The translations under genes were made by a program, and so were the position numbers. 64,000 bases of DNA from a virus. Its lineage: Duplodnaviria; Heunggongvirae; Uroviricota; Caudoviricetes. The notes under the pieces are model-generated. The model ran no database searches, was not told where the DNA came from, and saw nothing but the letters and a program-made list of their open reading frames with translations. The stretch lies in IMG/VR virus record IMGVR_UViG_3300042922_000270; one strand, 5' to 3'. Below, piece after piece: positions 53,903-62,785 of the stretch (position 1 is the stretch's first letter; each line of letters opens with the position of its first letter).

Positions 53903-54166
53903 TTAAAGCTTCATCTTAATGGTTTGGATAAACAAAGTAATCATCTGCCAGATCTTTCTCTCAAGATCCTTTATAAAGGCATGTTTCTGAGCCTTGAACT
54001 CTTCTTGTTCTTTCTCGATCACAGCCTTACCGGCTAGTTCAACTTCTCTAAATACTTCACGAGCCTGACCGACAGCATCTTTAGTCTGTTCGGTAATCTT
54101 CTCTGCCTGAGCTTTACGTTGGAGCAGAGCTTCGTGCTGCTCGATAATACCTTTTTCGTCTAACAA
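53903..54166 (-). CDS. coiled-coil hypothetical protein
   Basis: 87 aa. Confidence 0.4.
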   Translation of the reverse strand: MLDEKGIIEQHEALLQRKAQAEKITEQTKDAVGQAREVFREVELAGKAVIEKEQEEFKAQKHAFIKDLERKIWQMITLFIQTIKMKL

Positions 54167-54198
54167 CGTTATAACCTTTCGAATGTGTAATAACTAAG

Positions 54199-54276
54199 TG
54201 GAGATGACGGGAATTGAACCCGTGTGCGTACAAGTTCCACTGTGGGCTTTAATGTACGACGAAACCAACCATCCCC
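54199..54276 (-). ncRNA. atypical tRNA-like element (78 nt)
   Basis: Acceptor GGGGAUG/CAUCUCC and T-arm ACGGG-UUCAAUU-CCCGU are fine, but the interior forms a long GUACA...UGUAC stem enclosing 20 nt instead of canonical D and anticodon arms. Confidence 0.45.
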
Positions 54277-54283
54277 AAATTTA

Positions 54284-54502
54284 TCATGAGTGACAGTTTT
54301 TACACTTCACTCGACCATTATATGTGTCTGTAACATGCTTCCAGGTAACACTATCTGTAATCTTTCCACAGAAGGTCATGTTAGAGATGCCACTCTTGGC
54401 TATGTGAACTATTTTAGTTCCAGGCTCTAGAATGGCACTCTGACAGACTCTGTATTTCTTTGGCTTCTTCTTACTCATAGACCAAGAAGTTCTCATCAGC
54501 AA
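54284..54502 (-). CDS. Zn-ribbon small protein
   Basis: 72 aa; C..C ... C..C. Confidence 0.4.
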   Translation of the reverse strand: MLMRTSWSMSKKKPKKYRVCQSAILEPGTKIVHIAKSGISNMTFCGKITDSVTWKHVTDTYNGRVKCKNCHS

Positions 54503-54842
54503 GTATCTGCTGACAATCTCTTTTATGTTGCAGATACCTGTCTAGGACACCTTGAATGTTCTTAGCACCAACAGGGTTAGCGCTGTGAACGTTGAAGCTG
54601 AAGTTATCAGGGAACGTATGGGTACCGTTAAGATCCTGCTCGATTAGCCAGTTAGCAAAGTAGTGCCCAGTCTTGATCTCACCCAGGTCATGGTCAAAAC
54701 CAATAAAGTCAGGCATACCGTTAGTAAGCACAAACATCTCTGCCTGATCTGAGTTGCGAGCAACAAGCATCATACTACCCAGTTCTTGACCATAGGTCTT
54801 GATAGGGTCTCGTTCATCATCTAGAAACAGATTCCAACTCAT
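54471..54842 (-). CDS. hypothetical protein
   Basis: 123 aa ORF. Confidence 0.4.
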   Translation of the reverse strand: MSWNLFLDDERDPIKTYGQELGSMMLVARNSDQAEMFVLTNGMPDFIGFDHDLGEIKTGHYFANWLIEQDLNGTHTFPDNFSFNVHSANPVGAKNIQGVLDRYLQHKRDCQQILADENFLVYE

Positions 54843-55393
54843 TGGTTATCCTTCAGCATGTTAATAAACATAGCACCCTGCTCGATAGCATCGTCTAGGG
54901 CCTTATGTGTATGGGGCAACGGATCAAACCACTTCTTAGGGAAGTTACGTTTAGTACTATCACGATAGGGTTTCTTGAGCATGGCACTAGCATAAGACTT
55001 GATGTCCAGAGCTGAGTGAGAGAACTGACTCTTACCTGTAAACTTTATTAGATACCAGTAGACAAACATGAAGTCAAAGCCTGCTGGGTAAGCCACGAAG
55101 ACCGGTTTACCTGGTAAAAGGTCCAACCACTCACTGAAATCTTTCATGGCCTTCTCGGGGCTCACAGGGGCCTTAGTTGCATACTCATACGCTTCAGGCT
55201 GTGTCAGCCACCAGGCCATAGTATCAGGATGTCCTACAGCGCCTTCCAGAGGACTAAGATTAACTTCAAATGTTGATACAAGTTTCTTATCTTTTGTGTA
55301 CGCAGCAGCACCAAGTGAAAGCATAGAATGCGGTCCAGGTATTGGACCATCTGTCTCAACGTCACAACTTACGTATATTTCTTGTTTAGCCAC
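54839..55393 (-). CDS. DEDDh 3'-5' exonuclease (DnaQ/RNase T/Orn-like)
   Basis: [14 protein letters not shown] (Exo I DxE), [11 protein letters not shown] (Exo II), HKALDDA (Exo III H....D). Confidence 0.7.
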   Translation of the reverse strand: MAKQEIYVSCDVETDGPIPGPHSMLSLGAAAYTKDKKLVSTFEVNLSPLEGAVGHPDTMAWWLTQPEAYEYATKAPVSPEKAMKDFSEWLDLLPGKPVFVAYPAGFDFMFVYWYLIKFTGKSQFSHSALDIKSYASAMLKKPYRDSTKRNFPKKWFDPLPHTHKALDDAIEQGAMFINMLKDNQ

Positions 55394-55396
55394 TAA

Positions 55397-55705
55397 TCAT
55401 CTCTTAAGTCTTTTGAACGTGAACGTAGCTTCATAGCTCTCGTTATAGGCAGGCTTATCGTATTCTACTACCCAGCCTGCCTTACGATAGACGCCCTCGA
55501 TATCGAGGTAACCCTTATCAAAAATACTCTGCCTAGGATACAGGAGAACATCAACCAAAGCATTTACGGCTTCATTCTGTTTAACCACTGATTTACCATT
55601 ACGATAGTTCTTGGTGATTAGTTCGTTCCATACTGCCAGTACTGTATCGGGTAAGGTCTGAGACTCTTCGACTTCTTCGGGTGTAATTGGTTTAATGTTC
55701 TTCAT
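55397..55705 (-). CDS. hypothetical protein
   Basis: 102 aa ORF. Confidence 0.4.
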   Translation of the reverse strand: MKNIKPITPEEVEESQTLPDTVLAVWNELITKNYRNGKSVVKQNEAVNALVDVLLYPRQSIFDKGYLDIEGVYRKAGWVVEYDKPAYNESYEATFTFKRLKR

Positions 55706-55947
55706 AGGATACCTAGTGCAGCCTTCTGAGCTGGGGTTAGAGAGTTCTTAATATCTTCACGCTCCTGAACACTCTCGTAAGCTACCACAGGCTTGACCTT
55801 TCCGTCAGGCCCTGCAGCTTTACGAGCTTCAACAGAGCAGGTGAAGAGTCCTACTTCAGTGTCTACAGTCTCTTCATCCCAATCAGTATTAGAGTAGTGA
55901 ATCTGTACAGTTGAAACCTTAAAGGCTCTATATAGTGTTATTGCCAT
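55702..55947 (-). CDS. hypothetical protein
   Basis: 81 aa ORF, coupled. Confidence 0.4.
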   Translation of the reverse strand: MAITLYRAFKVSTVQIHYSNTDWDEETVDTEVGLFTCSVEARKAAGPDGKVKPVVAYESVQEREDIKNSLTPAQKAALGIL

Positions 55948-55962
55948 AATACTCTTTCATAG

Positions 55963-56033
55963 TCGCTGCACTAGGACTCGAACCTAGATTACCCTCTTGG
56001 GGAGGGCCGCCTATTCCGTTAGCGGATACAGCA
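55963..56033 (-). tRNA. tRNA, possibly Trp(CCA) with unusual C33; anticodon uncertain
   Basis: Acceptor UGCUGUA/UGCAGCG, D-stem CGCU/GGCG, T-arm CUAGG-UUCGAGU-CCUAG; the anticodon arm folds either as GCCCU-CCCCAAG-AGGGU or with a 5-nt loop. Confidence 0.5.
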
Positions 56034-56039
56034 AGTTTA

Positions 56040-56909
56040 TTATTTGTTACAAGTGTGTCCGTACATCACAGCCAGAACGATCTCTCCCCTAGCCTTAGCT
56101 GCTGCCTGCTCACAGGCATTACACTTAAGCTCTTGAACTAGAGCCTTGTCGTAAGTCAGAGAAAGGTCTGAGCCAACTGCAGCACGAGTAAAGGCTACCA
56201 ACTTGGCATCACCTAAAGCCTCTGCAACCGTCTTACTGTCATCTAGAACAAACGTCTGGTTAAGCAGGCAAACTCTAGAGTAGAACTTAGCCATACGACC
56301 AAGAACCATCTTCTCTTTAATCTCCTGAGGCTTAGACAGATGAGCTACTTCTTCCATTAGGAAGTTATACTCCTTCTCTTCTACCTCAGAAGGTACGTCT
56401 GCTCTGGAAACATATTGAGGGTTAGCCGCAGCAATGTGCATAGCAATCTTGTTAGCTAGGTCCACGTCGCCACCCTTAAGGTTAACTAGTGCACCAATCT
56501 TCTTGTTGCTATGGACATAACTACCAAAGACATCTCCGGGCATGCCGGACATATCAACCAGTGAAGACCCTACATTCTCTTTGAAAGCATTTCTACGAGA
56601 CCACATATCTTCAGGAGGAATGTTATAGTTAACACTATCCTGAGCATATTTGATAAAGTCGGCATTACGAGCTACAAAGTCGGTCTCACACTCAGTCTTC
56701 TCGATACGGTCGCCTGTGTCACTAATAACAACCACACCCTCAGAGGTAGTGCGGTTCTGGCGCTTCTCAGCATCTGCAAGTCCGGCTAGTCTTAGAATGT
56801 CTGTGGCTTTGTCCATATCACCATTAGCAGCTACGAGGGCCTTCTTACAGTCCATCATGCCCGCACTGGTGAGCTGTCTAAGCAGTTTAACGTCTTGAGC
56901 GGTGAACAT
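56040..56909 (-). CDS. tsf: translation elongation factor Ts (EF-Ts) homolog with Cys-rich C-terminal tail
   Basis: LRQLTSAGMMDCKKALVAANGDMDKATDILR matches the EF-Ts N-terminal signature (TGAGMMDCKKAL); further collinear matches: TECETDFVARNADF, MHIAAANPQYVSRADVPSEVEEKEY, KPQEIKEKMVLGRMAKF; C-terminus CNACEQ ... HTCNK. Confidence 0.85.
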   Translation of the reverse strand: MFTAQDVKLLRQLTSAGMMDCKKALVAANGDMDKATDILRLAGLADAEKRQNRTTSEGVVVISDTGDRIEKTECETDFVARNADFIKYAQDSVNYNIPPEDMWSRRNAFKENVGSSLVDMSGMPGDVFGSYVHSNKKIGALVNLKGGDVDLANKIAMHIAAANPQYVSRADVPSEVEEKEYNFLMEEVAHLSKPQEIKEKMVLGRMAKFYSRVCLLNQTFVLDDSKTVAEALGDAKLVAFTRAAVGSDLSLTYDKALVQELKCNACEQAAAKARGEIVLAVMYGHTCNK

Positions 56910-57364
56910 TAGTCTCCACCGCCTCCGCCACCACCATCACCGCCTCCACAGCTAGATGAACCAGAGTCTCCACCATAGCTAGAGCCTGAGTCATAACTAC
57001 TGCTAGATGAACTAGAACCTGAGTCATAGCTACTATAGCTAGAAGGGGTATAACTAGAAGGAGAGTAATCAGAATGAGTATCGTGCTTAGAGTCTAGCCA
57101 GTCGCCGTGGCTATCTGAAGAACCAAAGTCGAACTCCACGTCAACGCCTTCGGACTTCTTTCTAATAGAAGAACCTCCAGTAGGGGGAGAAGACTGAGAA
57201 CGACTATAGGGATAGGGCTTAGTGTTGCGCTTAGCGAAGGCTTGCTTCTGTGCAAGAGCTTCTTTAAGTCTACGCTGCTCCTGCTCAAGTTCACCTAGAT
57301 GTGAAATATATAGGGCTACGCTAGCACCTACAAAGAATAGTCCCAGGACTACGATCAAAAACAT
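56909..57364 (-). CDS. membrane-anchored protein with Ser/Gly/Asp/Tyr-rich low-complexity tail
   Basis: N-terminal TM helix; SSYSSYDSGSSSSSSSYDSGSSYGGDSGSSSCGGGDGGGGGGGD. Confidence 0.45.
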   Translation of the reverse strand: MFLIVVLGLFFVGASVALYISHLGELEQEQRRLKEALAQKQAFAKRNTKPYPYSRSQSSPPTGGSSIRKKSEGVDVEFDFGSSDSHGDWLDSKHDTHSDYSPSSYTPSSYSSYDSGSSSSSSSYDSGSSYGGDSGSSSCGGGDGGGGGGGD

Positions 57365-57376
57365 ATCAATGTTCCT

Positions 57377-57739
57377 TTAATTAAAATAACAAAGTTTATA
57401 AGGGTTACGACCATCTACGAATTGGTTAAAGTCTGATATCTGTAACTTCTTGAGCCACTCTAAGGCTTCATACTCTGAGATAAATCTAGACCCGTAAGAG
57501 CTATCATCACAACCCTTAAAAAATATGATCCAGTCTCCTGAACACTCGCCACACTCCCAATCAAACCACGCACCAGGGTCGTGACCCAAGAATACTGGAA
57601 TGACGTAGCCATGGTCAGTACTAATCTCAGCTCCCAAGAACTCAGTAGCTGGCATATAGCCTAGTAGCTTATAGTTTCTGAATTTGGTGTAGTAAGGGTG
57701 AATGACAGGAGCCACCACCTCAGGGGATATTAAAAACAT
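57377..57739 (-). CDS. hypothetical protein
   Basis: 120 aa ORF. Confidence 0.4.
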   Translation of the reverse strand: MFLISPEVVAPVIHPYYTKFRNYKLLGYMPATEFLGAEISTDHGYVIPVFLGHDPGAWFDWECGECSGDWIIFFKGCDDSSYGSRFISEYEALEWLKKLQISDFNQFVDGRNPYKLCYFN

Positions 57740-57948
57740 AATTAAGCCTCAAACATATGGTGTGCTGCTACGCTAAAGGGATCATCAGCCTTACCATTTC
57801 TGGGGTGCCTCCGAACTTATACTTACCACATAACCACGTATAGTGTTGCAGGAGCGACCTGCTGCAAACTTAGCACACTATAAGCTTCACGTAGTCTCGT
57901 CCCACTCCTTAGAGGATGCCCGCCACTAGGGCCACCTTCCACATGTTT

Positions 57949-58036
57949 GAAGCAAGACCGCCTGCCAGGATTCGAACCTGGGTCTCCGTTCTATAGGACC
58001 TGTACACAGTCCCCGGCAGCTCTTGGCCTCTAAGCT
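57949..58036 (-). tRNA. class II tRNA with long variable arm, probable Tyr (GUA)
   Basis: 88 nt; acceptor CCGUCUG/CAGGCGG, D-loop AGAGGCCAAGAGC resembling tRNA-Tyr, hairpin GGACU-GUGUACA-GGUCC giving anticodon GUA, T-arm CCAGG-UUCGAAU-CCUGG; five unpaired nt before the anticodon stem are irregular. Confidence 0.5.
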
Positions 58037-58222
58037 ACAGACGGTTGGATTTAGGTTAGGCACTTACCGGTGATAGTCATACCAAAGGCAGCAATGATGA
58101 TGCCTATAGTAAACAACACTATACCTACAGGCTTGCCCATAGACATAAGGTTAACACCAGCTATCATGAAGGTTGAGCCCAACATGAATACACTGAAGCC
58201 CGTAAGTGCAAAAAGAGCCGAC

Positions 58223-58696
58223 TTAAACATAAGCAGGCTCTTTCTTTATTACTATGGACCTCAGCGCGTGCATGTGCTCACGAGAGATCTTATCAGCTAG
58301 GGACATGGGTTTAGAACCTTTAGCATGCTCTTCTCTGATTTCCCAAGACTTGAATTCTTTAAGAATATCAAAGACGTAGTTGTACTTATCTCTGAGAGAA
58401 ACAGGAAGCTTAGCTTGAGACTTCTTTTGCATGAAGCCCCTAAACTTTCTTCTGACCTCATCATTGTCTGTGAACATAACCAAATCGATCTCTGAGACTT
58501 GACCTTTGGCTTTACGGTAGAACCACAAGATAGCTTCCAACTGAGCAATGAACTCAATCTCAGCACCCTTAGCATCTAGTCCAGCGACTAGCATACCCCA
58601 GCGCTTCTTCTTACCACCCATGATTAGGGTAGAACCAGTGCCACCGGTCTTGTATTTGTGGCTGTAGCAGCCATCCGAGTACAACAGTGCTTGCAT
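58223..58696 (-). CDS. RNase H (type 1)-like protein
   Basis: Trimmed to the ATG at 58696 so it does not overlap the tRNA at 58715..58797; YSDGCY...GGTGS, EIEFIAQLEA, LVMFTDNDEV, EEHAKGSKP...D follow the RNase HI D-E-D-H-D motif order. Confidence 0.55.
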   Translation of the reverse strand: MQALLYSDGCYSHKYKTGGTGSTLIMGGKKKRWGMLVAGLDAKGAEIEFIAQLEAILWFYRKAKGQVSEIDLVMFTDNDEVRRKFRGFMQKKSQAKLPVSLRDKYNYVFDILKEFKSWEIREEHAKGSKPMSLADKISREHMHALRSIVIKKEPAYV

Positions 58697-58714
58697 GATG
58701 GCCCTTTCTATAGG

Positions 58715-58797
58715 ACTCGCTGAAGGGATTCGAACCCTCGAAGGAATTACCCAGCGGCTTTGCAGGCCGCTCCGTTTGACCACTTCGGTACAGCGAG
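58715..58797 (-). tRNA. tRNA with anticodon GCA (Cys) and unusually long 14-nt variable region
   Basis: Acceptor CUCGCUG/CAGCGAG, D-stem CCG/CGG, anticodon stem GCGGC/GCCGC with loop CUGCAAA, variable UGGGUAAUUCCUUC, T-arm GAGGG-UUCGAAU-CCCUU. Confidence 0.55.
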
Positions 58798-58805
58798 CAT
58801 GTAAT

Positions 58806-58991
58806 TTAAAATTCTATGGCAGTCATCAGTACAGCACAACCCAAGATACCTGCAACAGTGACCATAAGTCCTTGCATAAAGTATCCTGGAGTGAAGCACA
58901 TGATAGGCCCCATAATAGCCATACCCATGGCAGCCATAGCGAAAAGGAACATGAGCACAATAGCTACATTCCTGGCTAGTTTATTAATCAT
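58806..58991 (-). CDS. small membrane protein
   Basis: 61 aa, two hydrophobic helices. Confidence 0.35.
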   Translation of the reverse strand: MINKLARNVAIVLMFLFAMAAMGMAIMGPIMCFTPGYFMQGLMVTVAGILGCAVLMTAIEF

Positions 58992-59000
58992 AGATTGACC

Positions 59001-59186
59001 TTAATAGATAGTGAGCTTAGAGAACTCGGCACCCTCTGGGGTGATCCTTAGGCTAAACTCAGCCATGTCGATATTACCCATTCTCATCTGTGTCATGAGA
59101 AAGGCAGTGAGGTTTTCCTTGAAACCCATATAGATAGGGTCATCGAGGTCCTCCTGAGTTACGTTAAACAACTTAGTGAGTTCCAA
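59001..59186 (-). CDS. hypothetical protein
   Basis: 61 aa ORF. Confidence 0.35.
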   Translation of the reverse strand: MELTKLFNVTQEDLDDPIYMGFKENLTAFLMTQMRMGNIDMAEFSLRITPEGAEFSKLTIY

Positions 59187-59210
59187 GATGATTCCTTTCT
59201 ATATAGTGAG

Positions 59211-59295
59211 CGGGTAGTGAAGGATTCGAACCCTCGGAGGCTTTCACCTCAGTAGTTTTCAAGACTACCGCAATCGACCACTCTGCCAACTACCC
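59211..59295 (-). tRNA. tRNA-Ser (UGA)
   Basis: 85 nt class II; acceptor GGGUAGU/ACUACCC, D-stem GCA/UGC, anticodon stem GUAGU/ACUAC with loop CUUGAAA, variable arm GAGG-UGAAAG-CCUC, T-loop UUCGAAU. Confidence 0.75.
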
Positions 59296-59478
59296 AAGTT
59301 GACCCTCACTTAAGGGTCACGATTTGTCTTACCCAATCACCACAACCATGGCAACGAAGTAGTACACGATGTTGTGTTCTTGTGGCACGTCTAATGTTAT
59401 ATTCGACCCACTTATGAGTCTTACCGCACCAACAAGTAGTAGGACCAGCTAACATCATATACTGTTCTCTTTCTCTGA

Positions 59479-59751
59479 TTAGTTAAAGATGGCCTCAACA
59501 GCCAACATGGATTCCAAGCAAGGCTTGCACTCTTTGTTGGTGTGCATTACGCCATGCTTACAGCTACCCTCCAAGAAGGCCCTTACAGACATGGAGTTAT
59601 AGGTGTTACCCTTACCCATCTCGTGTACAGCCGTCTCATGATCGCATCTCTGACAATCTTCACAGATGTCCACACCGTGGACACACTTGTCTATAACCAC
59701 GACTAGAGGGTTCCTTTCTTTACTTAGAGAGTAAATACTGGGGTTAGGCAT
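59479..59751 (-). CDS. Cys/His-rich small protein (probable Zn-binding)
   Basis: 90 aa with at least 8 Cys in C..C/C...C spacing. Confidence 0.45.
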   Translation of the reverse strand: MPNPSIYSLSKERNPLVVVIDKCVHGVDICEDCQRCDHETAVHEMGKGNTYNSMSVRAFLEGSCKHGVMHTNKECKPCLESMLAVEAIFN

Positions 59752-59978
59752 GATTGCTGTGCTAGGAATTCATCGTCTCTAAAGTGGTCAGATCTAAGCT
59801 GATATCTAGGTTCTCCTATTGTAGATAGAAGATTTACTACTTCGAATATCTGATCTCGATATAGATGATGCTTGGCAGGATCTACAGGGTAGAAGCCATA
59901 TTTAGTAAGAGGCCTAGAGTACAGCCTTCTAGGTCTCTTGAGGATTACTAGGTCTCCTGTTTTAAATAGTAAAGACAA
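59724..59978 (-). CDS. small paralog-family protein
   Basis: FKTGDLVILKRP ... CLTPVFTL. Confidence 0.55.
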   Translation of the reverse strand: MSLLFKTGDLVILKRPRRLYSRPLTKYGFYPVDPAKHHLYRDQIFEVVNLLSTIGEPRYQLRSDHFRDDEFLAQQSCLTPVFTL

Positions 59979-60273
59979 CTTCTAGGTCTTCTTCTTTAAA
60001 CATCCAGGAGTGATGATCTTGACCAGGGTATTCTTTATTGGTTGTGGTCTCCCAAACATTGAGCCATATAGGAGACTCTAGTTCGTACCACTTAAAGTCG
60101 GGAGTATCAGCACTATATCTAGCTTGCTTAAACTTGAACATAAACCCAGGCTCCATATTAGCTGGTTTATAGGTTCTGTTGTAATCTGGATGAGAATTAT
60201 ATTCTCTGACTTCACCCTTAACCATTAGGATGTCACCAGGGTTGAATCTTACTTTAGCTTCACTGTCTTCCAT
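59962..60273 (-). CDS. small paralog-family protein
   Basis: FNPGDILMVKGE ... EDLEVVFTI. Confidence 0.6.
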   Translation of the reverse strand: MEDSEAKVRFNPGDILMVKGEVREYNSHPDYNRTYKPANMEPGFMFKFKQARYSADTPDFKWYELESPIWLNVWETTTNKEYPGQDHHSWMFKEEDLEVVFTI

Positions 60274-60557
60274 TAGGTAGTAAACACAATCTCTAGGTCG
60301 TCATTATGGAATATCCAATAAGGGTGACTAACTGTTGCCTCAGCTCCATCAGAGTACTTAAGACTTAACTTAACGCTATTCTCAAGCTTCAGCCATGCTT
60401 GGCCCTCGGGAACTCTGCCGTCGTCATAAGTAGGAAACTTAACTTCAATGATGTCCCCAACCTCAAGTCCTGAGATAACAGTAGCCGTACCCTCTTTATC
60501 TACAAACTCTCTAATATTCTTGATGACTACTAGGTCACCATTAACAAAATTAATCAT
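60273..60557 (-). CDS. small paralog-family protein
   Basis: FVNGDLVVIKNI ... DDLEIVFTT. Confidence 0.6.
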   Translation of the reverse strand: MINFVNGDLVVIKNIREFVDKEGTATVISGLEVGDIIEVKFPTYDDGRVPEGQAWLKLENSVKLSLKYSDGAEATVSHPYWIFHNDDLEIVFTT

Positions 60558-60713
60558 AGCGCGAATCTCCGGATCGAACGGAGTCTCCTATCTATTCCTA
60601 CATCCCTAGCCACCCTTGCAATGGTGATTCGGAGTATCTCAGGACCTAGTTAACATCAGCCCAGCTGTGGAGACCAATAGGTGTTTTGCCACTTAAACTA
60701 AACTCGCATATAG

Positions 60714-60795
60714 CGGCTGACATGGGAATCGAACCCACTGAAGCTTTCACTCCCACTCTTTAGCAAAGAGTTTCCTGACCGGTCGGGTATCAGCC
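60714..60795 (-). tRNA. tRNA-Ser (GCU)
   Basis: 82 nt class II; acceptor GGCUGAU/GUCAGCC, anticodon stem ACUCU/AGAGU with loop UUGCUAA, long variable arm, T-arm GUGGG-UUCGAUU-CCCAU. Confidence 0.65.
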
Positions 60796-60807
60796 AAAAG
60801 GTAGCCC

Positions 60808-62004
60808 CTAGGCTACCAAGATTCTAGCTAGTTCATCATCAGTAAGGTATCTGTGTGAGATACAGTACTCCTGAAGATCAGCCATAGATACATCCCTAGC
60901 AAAGAGATGGTTAGCGATAATATCCTTATGGGCACTATCAGGGAAGAACCTATCAACCATATTGGTGATCTGGTCCTGTGAAGCATTCTGGAACTCTAGT
61001 CTCTTGTCTACACGACCAGGACGACACAGAGCAGCGTCGAGCTTCTCAGGGTGATTGGTAGTCATAACAACAATACGGCCATCACGAGCTACTACACCGT
61101 CAAGGACATTCAAGAGACCACCGAAGGTAAGGGTATTAGTTACACCCGCATCATCGGTCTTCTCACGCTTGTCAAAGACAGTATCGATCTCTTCGATAAC
61201 AATAATAGACCTACTACCAGCCTCAGACATCATACTAATTAGCTTGCTGTCAGTGACCTCGTTACCGGAGAGGGACAAGAAGCAGACGTCATATCTGATC
61301 TTCTTGGCGATCTCAGTAATAATAGAGGACTTACCGTTACCAGGCTTACCAAAGAACAGGTAGCCACGACGCCAGGGAATCCCCTGCTCGCCATACCACT
61401 CTTTACTGTTTACAAAGTTCTCAGCATCGTCCATAAGTTCCTGCTGTTCAGGAGTCAGGGACAACATATTCGGAGCTGTAATGTCTTTAGTGTTACAGGA
61501 TACCCAGTAGTCTTTGTTGTAGTACTTAATACTGATGCTAGGCTTGATCTTGTTTCTTTCAAGCTCCCATGCATCGTTTAGCAACTTCTCAATGATATGC
61601 TTACCACCAAAGAATGTATTGATATAAAGCGTATCTGTGTAAGCTTTACCAGAATAGTTAGAGTTCTCAAGTTTCTCACGAGACTTGGTAACCCAGAGCC
61701 ACCTAGCTCCATCTCTGAAGATGTGCAGGCCCGGTGAAGGGATTAGCATAAACCTAGGCACACGATTGAACCATTCGGTCTTGACTGACAGTTGTGTATT
61801 CTTGTTTGAATAGGGATGTTCGTTTAGCCAGTTCTCTACGTACTGGAAGGCTTCATCATCCTCTCTAACTTCAAGAGAGGTTAGAACCTTACGCATCACA
61901 AAACTTCTCAGAGTTCCCCAGGAACTTTTAACCCACATACCGATGGCACCAACTACGCCCAGCGCAAAGCCACCAGAGAACATGGGATTAGTAAATAGAT
62001 CCAT
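60808..62004 (-). CDS. AAA+ ATPase (BCS1-like), membrane anchored
   Basis: N-terminal TM helix; FFGKPGNGKSSII Walker A; VIVIEEID Walker B; ATPase core in the C-terminal half. Confidence 0.65.
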   Translation of the reverse strand: MDLFTNPMFSGGFALGVVGAIGMWVKSSWGTLRSFVMRKVLTSLEVREDDEAFQYVENWLNEHPYSNKNTQLSVKTEWFNRVPRFMLIPSPGLHIFRDGARWLWVTKSREKLENSNYSGKAYTDTLYINTFFGGKHIIEKLLNDAWELERNKIKPSISIKYYNKDYWVSCNTKDITAPNMLSLTPEQQELMDDAENFVNSKEWYGEQGIPWRRGYLFFGKPGNGKSSIITEIAKKIRYDVCFLSLSGNEVTDSKLISMMSEAGSRSIIVIEEIDTVFDKREKTDDAGVTNTLTFGGLLNVLDGVVARDGRIVVMTTNHPEKLDAALCRPGRVDKRLEFQNASQDQITNMVDRFFPDSAHKDIIANHLFARDVSMADLQEYCISHRYLTDDELARILVA

Positions 62005-62027
62005 TGTTTACCCTTCAATTAATTAGG

Positions 62028-62045
62028 GGGCCGAAGCCCCCTTAC
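62028..62045. terminator. GC hairpin
   Basis: AGGGGGC-CGAA-GCCCCCU between two minus-strand genes. Confidence 0.4.
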
Positions 62046-62543
62046 CTAACTTGTTAGTACTCCCCATTCAGCTTCAGTAAAGAAGCGCTTATGGTGTTCA
62101 CAGGCTATCAGCTCATCTCTTCTCAGTTGTAGCCTGTTAGGCCTGAACGAGAGATATGGAGTAGCAGCCTTACGAGCATTGACAGCAGCAGTCATGATAA
62201 ACCTAGCTTCGTCACGATTGATGCTAGCATGGCTGACCGCTATGATAAATGCATTGGTCCTGTTATCGGCCCAACTGAGGTTACGTCTGCTGACCTTACC
62301 GTTAGCGTTAAACGGTTTATCCTTGCTCAGTAACATGTCCCGATAGTAGCCGAGTAGGCCAGGAGGGGCTTCGTAGACCAGTTGCTGAAGACAATAGTTC
62401 CAGCAGTAGTCATCAAAGTGATCAGCAATGCCAATCATGAAGTCTAGACTATTAAAGCTTAGCTTCTTACCCTTCTTAGCAACCATTTCGAAGTAACGCA
62501 TGATACGCTCACGCTTACGGTGATACGAACGAGACAGTAGCAT
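62046..62543 (-). CDS. hypothetical protein
   Basis: 165 aa ORF. Confidence 0.45.
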   Translation of the reverse strand: MLLSRSYHRKRERIMRYFEMVAKKGKKLSFNSLDFMIGIADHFDDYCWNYCLQQLVYEAPPGLLGYYRDMLLSKDKPFNANGKVSRRNLSWADNRTNAFIIAVSHASINRDEARFIMTAAVNARKAATPYLSFRPNRLQLRRDELIACEHHKRFFTEAEWGVLTS

Positions 62544-62714
62544 CTAAGGCCTTTCTCTACTATACGATGGGGTTATTTACGAAGGCGGCGTTTTCTTCTG
62601 AGTTTGGCTCGACGGCGACTAGCCCTCTTAGCCCACTCACGCTCGACTTTTGAGATAACACGTTGAAGCCATACGCTGAACTCTTCTGGAGCCATACATA
62701 CCTTCTTTCTAATA

Positions 62715-62785
62715 CGACCCTAGGGGGAATCGAACCCCCGACATACGCTCGACAGGCGTAGGTTTTACCATTAAACTATAGGGCC
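62715..62785 (-). tRNA. tRNA-Asp (GUC)
   Basis: Acceptor GGCCCUA/UAGGGUC, D-stem GUUU/AAAC, anticodon stem UACGC/GCGUA with loop CUGUCGA, T-arm GGGGG-UUCGAUU-CCCCC. Confidence 0.75.

Noticed and set aside
58223-58783. Full-length 186-aa ORF
   Set aside because: Its N-terminal 29 codons overlap the tRNA at 58715..58797. The CDS was trimmed to the internal ATG at 58696, where the RNase H-like homology begins.
60557-60640. Possible additional tRNA (GGATCGAACGGAG T-loop-like box)
   Set aside because: A T-arm (CUCCG-UUCGAUC-CGGAG) is present, but the acceptor pairs at only 5 of 7 positions and the interior does not form D and anticodon arms. It is probably a degenerate tRNA remnant, so it is mentioned but not called.
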